NCBI GenBank assembly: GCA_965285935.1
Contig: OZ260661.1
Coordinates: 34,906,001 to 34,970,000 of the forward strand
Direction: 5' to 3'
DNA: 64,000 bases
From: Ophelia neglecta
Taxonomy: Eukaryota
Positions 26,861 to 38,000 of this stretch are shown here, one piece after another. The position numbers and the translations under genes are program-made. Numbering within the stretch: position 1 is the first letter of the stretch; the number at the start of each line of letters is the position of its first letter. The notes beneath the pieces were generated by a model that saw only the letters and a list, made by a program, of their open reading frames with translations, had not been told where the DNA came from and made no database searches.

Positions 26861-29083
26861 AGCATCTTTTCATGTCATTGTTAGAAGTCTACATGTATCA
26901 TATATCCGTTATTTTAGCAAACTAGAAGTCTCAGTAATGTTCCTCAAAATTCAGGTCGATTTTGCTGCAAATGATCAAAATATGAAAAGAGCTTTATCGG
27001 TCATCTCGTTGCAATATGCCTACACGATTACATTGCTGTCATTTCCTAGAAGGATAAATCACATGTTCTATATACGTGTAACCCCCTACCTTTTTGAAGT
27101 TCATATAGGTGTGACCATTCCACACATGTAATCAAACACCCTCCATTCGTCCACAATGTCATCCGTGACAAAGTATTAATCGGAATTCTGCTAGAATGTT
27201 ACCTGCATCTGGCGACATCAGAGTCATTGTAATATGTGTATCGCACGATGAATAATAAACAATAGCTTTGCTTACTGGAAGTTGTCATACTCTAATTATA
27301 TTTTTGACCACAGACAGTCAAACACTCACGTGACAAGAAAGCTAAATGCAATACTGTTGCATTCTCGAGTGTTGCAGGTGTACGACATCATACAAAAGCG
27401 GTCAGATGACTTGCATTTCTTGGACAGTCCTCTTGCTTAATTATCCAGGAAATATGTGATATTTTTCCGTTAAAAGGCCTATTAATTTGTTGAATTGTTT
27501 TTATTTCAAAGACTTGTTCTGCCCATTGAACCGATTGGAACGTAAGTGCAGTGTGGCGGAGAGTGGACCGTAATCAATAGTTATGGCAATAATACTGATA
27601 CAAATATATGTGAAAACAATACTGTTTTGGTGTCTTCAAAACACCCCTATATTATGTTTTTTGAAAATACTTTCGTCCAGATATGCGATGTTGCTGTTGT
27701 GTGGCCAGATTCTCGTTACTAGACCTTTTAACCACTATCCCTGGACACATTTTAATGGGAGTATGTTCCCGCTAGACAATCATCATAAATTATAAATGGG
27801 CATGTACAAACGTAGTAGGCGAGCAACAGGGAATAATTAATGTTATATGGAAAGACGTGATCCTGTCAAATCCCGCTGTTGATATTATGTACATATATGG
27901 TGCAATACTTGGCCTCCATTAGAGGTTATATATGGCGGTGACATATCACGGATAGGGCATTTATAAGTCTTATTTATTCATGAACAACCTTTCGACAGGC
28001 TGCGTTGCTTTGCATCTACATTTTGAAATGTTTGTGGTGTTGATCGTCGTAGTACATTGAAACGCTGGCTAACAGTTTGGCCAATTAGTTTTTTTTTATT
28101 TCATTATTTCTAATTTGGGTGCTACTAGTGTAAAAATCATTAATGATGTTAAATCTATCAAACTGCTCCCTGTACATGATTCCCGCCCGTCAATGTATGA
28201 CCTCGGAGCATATCGAACTGTATTATTCAGGGCTTTGAATTAATACTCAGACATAGTGACAATGTACGAAATGGACAGCATGATTTATGCATCCATGTTA
28301 ATTTATCTGATTGACATGACCACAGTATTTTAAGGCAGTGCATTATTTCTTTTTTCAGAAGCGGCCAGGGTAAAAATAGATTGATTCTGAGTTATAACAC
28401 TGTTGACCAATTCAGACAAGGCTGTCCATTGGAAAGCAGGATTATATTGGGGAATTCTTTTGGACTCGGAATTCAAAGGTAAGCTGTATTCCCTTTGGAA
28501 CAAAGATAGTGAAGTCAGGATACGGAAAGTGTAAGTTGGTTATTTGACCGGCGATGGGAAACCTTTTAGGGCGTAGCCTGGAAATATATTTCCCGAACGT
28601 AAAGATTAAACTGGCAAGTGTCTTCTCTTTCCATGTCGATTACTGCATCCGCTATCACCTAACCATAAGTATCAAAACATTAAATGACATTATTCTGCAA
28701 ACATAGTGGAAAGTTAAGAGTTTGTTCTCAATAAATATTATATATAGGAGCTGGAGCTCAATGCATTAAAAGTGATGTGACGTCGTAAGTAATATTGCAG
28801 TTACATTAATTCCAATATTGCTCAAAGCTTGCTCAAAGGACCTTGCTTATATTTCTTTGTTGTTGTGTCATAGGACATAGTTATGTAATTTCCTACATCG
28901 TTAACGACGTATCCTTTTTTGTTATTGTTCTTTGCTTTGAGTCGCCTACGGAACCTTTTTATTAAATTACGAGCTTATGTAAGAGTGCAACATCTAGCAT
29001 TGCCGGGAGTTTTGGATAGTTTTGGATTGTCTACCTAATATCCAAGTGTTATTGATTCACTTTTAATAAAAATCATGATCAAT

Positions 29084-29560
29084 GATTTATGGTGGACCAA
29101 TTAAATGGCTATCGTCAATTAAATGGTTTCAGATACACCAGGATCCGTCATCAGCTTGCTCAACACAATCAATTTACGGTTCAATTACGATAAACAAGCT
29201 TACAGTCAATTTCAATAAACGTTTCACTAAAACATGATAGGATATTACTTTCATTGGAATTATTGTTATAGGTTTTTTGGTCTGGTTGGTCTGTACTTGC
29301 ATCACAAATTTATGCACAAATTGGGAGTTGGAGACAAATTAATTGATGGTTCCGGGGCTGTGGCTGCTGGTTCCTGATAATTTCAGACCGATTAAATGGA
29401 CTATTCTCCACTGATGATGTAGCCTGTCTGGCGGGTATCCTCTCCCGTTGTTTGTTCAGGATAAATTCGATGTCTTTTCAATGGTTCTTACGTTGGTTGG
29501 TACAACGAAATAGGCTTACTTTATTCTAAATAATAACTTCTTTATTTGGTCAATTTCAAA
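29084..29560 (-). mobile_element. Penelope-like element fossil (RT-thumb/linker region)
   Basis: Minus translation RGYPPDRL.../PFNRSEIIRNQQPQP resembles the PLE RGYP linker. Nucleotide homology to 30520-30720 (19-mer at 29357-29375 is the reverse complement of 30566-30584) and to about 60575-60655. Confidence 0.6.
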
Positions 29561-30439
29561 ATTATACGTTTTGCAGCATGTTTATTATTGAATTTATGTT
29601 ATTACAATTCCTCGCGAAGGATTTATTAATATGAACTGATTGTGCAAGCCAGTGCCAACACGTGAGGTGGCTAGGTTCGGCTCTGCAGCTGCTGCCTCGT
29701 TCTATTTTGATTCTATGTAGCATCCTTTCGATGTCGGCCTTACTGGGTTTTCAATTAAGACTAGGTTATTTGAGGCTTTCGGGTCATCACTCTCTTGGTT
29801 TGGAATTGGCCTGCGGAAATATCTGGCCCGAAATAAGGTCAATGGACTCCAATGGCCCGAATAGGCAGCTCAGTCAATATTTGCGTTGGCGATAGAGTGA
29901 CCAGCCCAATATTACAGCTGACTTTCGTTTTCGTCATTAAAGAATATATTAACAAGTTGACGATGATTCCATTCCATAAGAATATTAGTATTGTCCATTC
30001 TTTGATGGTTTTTAGCGAATTGAGAAACATAAGATAACTTTCATTAAGTTAATGTAGACATTTTCAAATGACCATATGATGGTAAGATTAATGTAGCCAA
30101 AGAGTGAAAAAATACAGCAACTGTTTGTCGTTTTCAGCGTACTTGGGATATGTCAACACTTGTATGCAAAACAAGTTTGTTTCACCTAGACATGAATGGA
30201 AACATCAAGGCGGGTATTGCAAATGAGTAAAGTGTAATATATGGTAGGCAACAGGAGTCTACTATTTTCATCACAGTGCCGATTAGAATCGTCCAGCGAC
30301 TTATGCAGTTTCCATTAAGCTTTAGCTTTCGTCTTATAGGCCTTCCTCGGGAAGAAAATATAGGGATCTACATGGGTCATTTGAAACTTAACATAAGGTC
30401 CGGCGTTCTCCCTTGACCGACTGCTGTGGGTTTATATAA

Positions 30440-30730
30440 CCACATAACAATGAAAGATATTTATGTGCACTTGGTCTGGTATCAAATATGATGCACGGGT
30501 TTATACCCAACAGATAATTCAAAATCATTGGTCAAGACTGGCCATTAAATGGGTCCAAACTCTTTAGGAACCAGCAGCCACAGCACCACACACGTCAGTG
30601 ATCAATTTCCAACTCCCAAACAGTAAATGAACATGGACCAAAGTAAAATAAAATCATCGGAAAAAAAATGATATCACTTGCAATAAAGAGTCAACAATAT
30701 TCCATGATGCGAAACAGATCACAAAACAAA
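30440..30730 (+). mobile_element. Penelope-like element fossil, same family as 29.1-29.6 kb, opposite orientation
   Basis: RVYTQQIIQNHW/PLNGSKLFRNQQPQH. Shares AGGAACCAGCAGCCACAGC and TCCAACTCCCAA with the reverse complement of 29.3 kb. Confidence 0.6.
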
Positions 30731-31899
30731 CGATGGGCAGATACGAAATATCTTGCAAGAGAGACTATGATGGTGTAATAAGTAAAAACTAACAACGCAA
30801 GTTGTAGAAATAGCAATCAGGGAAAACCATACGAGATTCGTTCATGGTGTACATTTCTACAAATTACCATAAAAAAGTTGCGGGTTTTTCCGGTCCGAAA
30901 CTGTATGCTACGCATGTACACCTAGGGTACACAAACATAGCAACTGTACATATTAAATGTGATATTGATTGGAAATGCTCTATAGATAGGATTATGCTTA
31001 AGGTTACGACACCAGGATGAACATGTGGTTTAGAATGCTATTAACTGTATACACGAAAGCCTCTGCGTGTTCATGCATATATAATCGTCACTGTTTCCTG
31101 CTGGTATTGCCAGTACGCCTGGCCCATGGAACCTTCGTTTTTTTGTTAACACCTATACCCTTCGGCTGTGCGTTGTTGTTCGCCTAGACAAGTACATCTG
31201 CAAGACTGACAGCGTGATAAGTTGACATATTGCCACTACTTGCTTTGCCCTTCAATATGCGACCAACACTTTCGTTTTTTATTCAAACTATTTGAGATCG
31301 ATGCACTGTGGTAAAAATGATGGTCGGGAAAGGTCATAAGTCGGTACAAGGCAAATGGTCTTTATGAGTTGGCAAATTGGTCGATCGTCGAGAAGAGATA
31401 TGATGTGGTGGACCTAGATGAAATTCTGGGAGGAAGTATTTGGGTAAACATGGTTAACAAAACGGGATTGGATAAACGGGAAACAAAGCAAAAACACGGG
31501 AAACTAAAGAATTCTAGTAGATATAATTTCACTGAATTTTCAACGTTGCCTAAATTAATTAACAATTTCCTCAACGCTGGTGATAGTTTTGTTTCTTTAA
31601 GATACCTCCATACTCGGCATATTTTTACTCGCTCCTCGACATCTTTTCCAAATCTCTGCTCGATAAGATGTGCATCCCTTCATAAATAGACGCCTTTGGA
31701 TGGAATGATAAAATTGCCTATCTAGCTCTTACTGACTTTGAACATTGATTTATCTTATTTTGTCCTCGTCGCAAATGCGTTTGTCATTGGAACCGCTAGC
31801 AACGCAACCGCAAGATGGGATTATTCCCAAAATGCATTAATTTCAGTTAATTGGGTTATTTTCCATTCCATGAAATAATGTATAATTTAGTCGTGGAAT

Positions 31900-32060
31900 A
31901 TGTTACTGTTGTATTGAATCACATTTCTTTCAAAAGAAGGGAACCTTCTCCATATGCAAGACGAGAATTAAAAACACCTAATCAAAGCTAAAGTGCATTT
32001 CCGTCGTTCTTCAAACGTTTTCAGACATTTCAAAACTCATGACATTGAATGCAACGATAA
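31900..32060 (+). pseudogene. Degenerate BED zinc finger (hAT-transposase-like remnant)
   Basis: HFFQKKGTFSICKT (frame 2) followed by SSNVFRHFKTH (frame 1) matches the BED pattern WxHF...CxxC...SNLxRHLxxH, with a frameshift and one lost Cys. An acidic stretch follows. Confidence 0.45.
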
Positions 32061-34950
32061 TGGGCAGGATGAAGCAGCTTCAGAAAATTCATATGAAAAT
32101 GAAAAAGATAATGAAATAAATATGATAAATGTAAACGCTTTTACCCGAAAGCATTCCTCCGCTTTGGATGAGGATTTTGTCTCTGCACTTCTTAGCGAAA
32201 TAGAAAAAAAGAAAACCATGTTGTTTTTTGTATGCTTGTAATAAGAAAAACCTAAATATACAATTCATGACTGTTTGCACACCAAAATTAAATATTAGCC
32301 CCATTTGCATGTACAAAAGTGCTGTTGCTGTTGTTGGTGTTCTTTACTTCCATCTCTAGATAGCAGCAATGTGGACCGACTTGATACCTGGCTGGGCGGC
32401 CTATTGAATTTGTGGTTAATCAGATAGTTTTGGTCCAAATACCCTAAATAAATAGGCACACGCTTTTAGTGTGAAAGCCTTAGTATGTCAGTAAAAAAAG
32501 GTCTGTGGGGCTCCACTATGTGTCTTCTGTAATTGAGTATCCATCACAAGTAAATTCATTAAGCCAACATGCTTGTTGATAAACCTTAGTCGACCTTTGT
32601 CCTTAAACGTGGACATTTTGTTTATCAACGGTCTCTTTGCCTCAGGCTGCCCAACCTCTCATAGTAAAAGTCAGTGTGTTTATCAGTTTGACCGGCTTCT
32701 TATACTGCCTTGATAAACAAAAGGTTGCTACACATAAACCTAGGGTATTTGTACAACACAAAACTTATTTTAGCTACAGTGAACCCAGGAATTCCGGTTT
32801 GATTAATTCGTTTAACTTCGTTGGAATCAGCGTAGACATGAGCAATCCAATAAGCTGTCTTAACGATCCCCACCAACTACCCCCCTCAGTTTCCCGTATC
32901 CCCTTAATGGCCATGTTTAGAGCAAAGAAAAATATGTACCTCCGAAGCTCGATCACACATTGAACGGCTGTACCTCATCCTGTGATCATCGCCACTAATA
33001 CTGGTAAGGCGTGAAGGCAGCCCTACACACCACTTGTTATATACTGAAAAGATGCGGATATGCAGTTGAGAAAGTATATTGGGAATTCGAGAAACCATAG
33101 GCCTAAATCGACGAAAGCCTCTCAAAATAGGGTGTGGACTAATCGTCCTTTGTGACAACTGTTTTCATTAATGTTCCAACAATGTTTGCCTAGGTAATCT
33201 TGCATGTGTTTCTATGGAACCCTGCAGGATGGTTGGGTTGGTGATTTCCCAGAGGGATAATTATTATCTCGTCTGCTCTGTGTTATCTAATTTGCTTTCA
33301 TATTATTGAATATACAGTATAATCGACCGTGGATTTATAAGCCTACACATAAATTCAAGGATGCTCATTTACCTAAAGATCAGTTGACGACAGAAATCAA
33401 TAGTTGCCTAGCCTAAAACATTTAACAACCATATTTTATCCAGGCCCGAGGTGTTCCAGTTGGCATGACAACAAGAGCAGGATCTTCCTGCTCCGTTGTA
33501 TTGGAAGTTAAATCAACGTCTGGGTCAGGTTTGTTTTGACTGGAATGCGTGCCGGCGTTGTAACTAGCTTTGCTGAATATCATAGCAACACGTGGTAGTG
33601 TTGTTGTTATATAGATTGTCTGATGCATGCAAATTTCCCTTCATACAATGGCTGGGATGTTACAAAACTACTTGTTGTAATAAATCACTAATATCGATAA
33701 AATTGTCGCGATGGGGAATCCATAACAAGTAAAGGTAGGACATAAAAATTGAATTATTGTGTTGTAAACGAAAGTAAAAAATCATTAGAATGAAAACTGC
33801 TTTCATGATCACGGGGTATGTTTTGCAGTAAGCATTGACAGTAACGAAAATCAAAACATATCTTCATACCTATTAGATATCCTCCTATTAAAATAGTCAT
33901 ATGGAAGTTATATTTACAAAGGTCATGGTCATATGTGGATATATAAGGAACAATTTATGAAGCGTCATTTCATAATTTAGAAAACAACATTTGGGATAAG
34001 GAATACACACACATCCGGACCCTTAAGCGAAAATATATATTCGCAGACGAATCCTTGTCTCCAAAAAGTCTGGTGATTCGATCTCGCTTGGCTTGGTGTT
34101 ATTGTATCAAATGAAATATGACCTACCGAACAATTGAAAAAATAACCAATAGATGGATTTTGTTTTTCTTGCCTCATAAATCATGTATTGATTCCTTTAT
34201 ATCCTTGGCGTTAATGTGTTTTTTGAAAGAAAACAAAAATAAGCGTTAATCTCTGGGGAAAATGGTTGCTTAGGTAAAACCTTAACCTAGGAAAATGTCA
34301 GACTGACATAGAAAATATAAATTTTAATACAAACCTTTCTGATTGGTGATACAAGGAGAATTTTACCGACTGTGAGTTATGTTACATAAATGTGAACAAA
34401 GGTAAAGGTAAATTTATTGAAAATTGATATAAATGTATCGTAATTGTTATTTATAAATGCTCCTTGAACTTATCAAAAGTATGTTGTGTGGAAGCACTTG
34501 TTTTATCGGCACAGATCGGGTCTCTTAATGATGAGAGAGCTTAGTTCAACATAGACTCTCCTAGGACATATTTCATATCTGTACTACTTTGAATACCGAC
34601 TCGTTTGTGTTTTGCGCTTACTAGCATTATTGAAACGAGTATTTCTCATTTTAAGTAACCAGTTTTCTTCGGCATTTAAGACACCATAATGGTAAAATGT
34701 AGAAAGTACTTGTGCCTTCTAGATCAATGATAATTCACTATTTAAAGTTTTATTCATTACGAAATCTTAATCTATGTCGCTTTAGTAAGCAGCTAGGGAG
34801 GGTATCATTCGGTTGACCGCAATTTAGTGCCACTTAAGTGCATACACATGTTTCGAACATCGTGAGGGATATTTTTTCATAAAGAACCTTACCAGTTGGT
34901 CAGCACGCACTTATCTTACACATTGAAGGCGGTAAAGGCATTGAGCTTTG

Positions 34951-35002
34951 CCAATCTATTTACCATTGGATACTACCAATCTATATACCACTGGATACTA
35001 CC
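34951..35002. repeat. 25-bp tandem duplication
   Basis: CCAATCTATTTACCATTGGATACTA followed by CCAATCTATATACCACTGGATACTA (2 mismatches). Confidence 0.9.
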
Positions 35003-38000
35003 CGAGTACTTGCAACCAATTCACTTGTAGATATCAATATGAGTTTGGTCCGAATTTATTTTATATAATGTAAAGGAAGCAAATTTTGGATAAAGTAGGG
35101 AAATGATGTTTTAAAAAAACGAAATTATGTTGTTTGTAGATCCTTATGAAAACTTCCACTGGGAAACAATCATGCGGAAAGTCAGGTGCCGATATTCCTG
35201 ATTCAGATCTATTTTGATGACAGGCCACCGAAGCTTCAAAACATTTGATAGTATTATTTGATTAGTTTTCAAATGCATCATATATATATTTATATCAAAT
35301 ATATTTAGTTCAATTATTGCCCTGTTCCAATGTCTGCCGAAGCGGTGTATGAATAGTATTGTTTGGACAGGACCAGTTTAAGTTACCCAGCATGGATGAT
35401 TTTTGTTTGTTAAATTTCCAAATAATTCATCCACACAGGAGCTTATACATAAAGAATTGCTTATGTTATGTTCCGTTAATAAGGGTCATATTCATCTATA
35501 TTGGCATCTATTTGAGCCCGTCTAAAATCCCATCTCTTTCCAGACTCTGGAAAATATTATTTCATGGACCGTGGTGCAATGCAATACCGTAATTGTGGTA
35601 TTGGGGCATTGAAACCATGTGTAGGTAACCAAGTGGCCAAGTATTGTTTCCTCCAAGGCTGCGTGAAATAACAGGAAGCTATTACGTACTGTTCCTGGAA
35701 TACACGTTTCAGGGTCGAGGCCCTCATGTATATCTGAAGCTTCCACTTGGGATAAGAATTCATCCTATAAAAAGATCCAAGGCCAATTCACAGGAGGCAT
35801 GATCGATTTGGTGCGTAAAGAGTAGGTCCCACACGATCGTCCTATAAAATGATAACGCTCAAGTACTCAGGTTCCTATAAAATATACTTCTTTTACTAAA
35901 AGTTTCCAAGCAGTAAAACTGTGCATCATATGGAATCTCTTAAAAGGTCGTTATTGCTTGTAAAGGAAGGCTTATAATATGACTTAGTAAAAAGAACCAG
36001 CGTGGCACGCTTTGGCCATTAGCACAGAGGTATCTTTTTATGATTGAAACCTTGTTAAGAATATGATTTGGCTTCGGTTCGAAATGAAATATCTGATCTA
36101 CTAAGAAGTAAGTATCATTTCATACCTGGGAGGTTCCTGAATGAATCAGTCCTTTGGAACACATTTAAGATGTGATCACACGAGTTGATATTTCATATGT
36201 GCCCTGCGCTGAACAGTGCTTCTCTTGTTCTGTGCTCTGAATCGCATCGTGGAAAACTCCTTGCTACTTCACGTTGCAAGTGAAATAAAGTTTATTTTTT
36301 TATTATCAATTTCGTTAAAAGATAAGATGTTTTAAGGAAACTGGGGATTGGTGTTTATAGCTCAAAATCGATAAAGGACATGTTAAAGACAAGAGGTAGT
36401 AATTTGTTATTTTGATGATTTCATCTCAGAAGGGCATTAAGCAGTTCCTCTTACTGTACACTGTTTGGTTGTCTTTAAATTATGCCCTGGGCTGATCAAT
36501 TGTTTTACTGATTTAAATAATTAACGTGCTGCTCACTAATTATAAGACAAAAACGTATAGGTTCCAATATCGAGAGCTACTGTGTTTGTGCTTTAGGTTT
36601 CAGACGTTTATACTTTTATTCTTATAACTTTGTTGAGTCTTGACTACCTCATGAGGAAGATTTCATCAACTTTTGACTTGCCATTTTTGTCTTTTTGCCT
36701 GGCATCCATTCCCGTTTCTACTTAACAGATTTTGTACTGCATAGCAACTTGTTTCAGCCACAGGGCCCCAGGCGAATCTAGTTCAACCTATTGTCGCACC
36801 TGGGTTGGAAACAAAGTATAGTCTAGGTCACGTGTGTTGTGAGTAGAAATCCTTGCGATCTTGCGTGTAACTTAACTTATCTCATAACAACGCATGCTTT
36901 CTTTACTGCCGTTTGGTTTGCTTATTCATGAGACGTGACAGTTTGATGCAGCTCTTAAAGGAAGTAAAAGTAAGAATGAGGCATTATATGGTTTTGTTTT
37001 TTATTTTAGGCTAAAACCAAGTGAACATGCACGATATCATGCAACGAAAGCCGTATGTTTCAGTATGGAATGTACATAAAACAAATTTATATACAGTTCT
37101 GCACGAAACATATTAGGAAGCAACTGGCCATAAATTAAATAAGGGCTGGATAAGAATTGTTATGGTAATTTGATAGAGGTTCATCTGTATCATTGTTTCA
37201 TTATGAAAGCCATGGCCGGAAACGTCAGACAACCAGGGTGTGTTCTGGCACATGCCACGACATGTTTCTTTCATTTATTAGCTCGACGCCAATGTTTTGT
37301 TGAGCCCATTGTATGGCTTTAGAAATAGATCCATGGTCTCGCCACAAAGTCGCCGGTTTTGTTGCTATCTCAATGGTCGTGCAAACGGGTTATGAACTAT
37401 GAAAGACAGAAATTCAAGGCAAACAGAAAAAACCTAGTTGGCCAATAAACAACAGTCCAGAGATAGGTATGACCTAGCATGGACTTACATACCAGTTTGA
37501 CTTGATGCAGAAGTTCTTTTAATCATCCAGAGATTGGTGTTATCTTATGCGCAGGCTCATAGTCTTATTTGCTTGTTAGAAAACATGTGTTTCACTTGGG
37601 CATGTATTCCAACAGTGGTGATGCCTAAATATATTTCAACAAATTAAAATAGTATTGTAGCATAATAATACTAAATCATTTAACTTTCTTTCTAACAAGT
37701 ATGAAATGTTTCGTTGCCACCGGAGATGAATCTTTATTGCACTGAAAGGCACGGAAATGAAAGGGCTATGTCCAAGAACATGGAACGTCTTATTTTATAC
37801 TTTATATCACAACCGTACAGGCAAAGTACCATACACATGAAAACCAAAATCAATATTATGTAAAATGAATGTTCCAGACAGTTTTAGTGTCTCCTGAAAA
37901 GTTGACAAAATGGAGATAGACCCCTAATACACTGAGCCCACAAACTATCCTCCTAGAGTTCATTTTAAATGTTTCCTCTCTATGGAAGATACAGCTGTTA

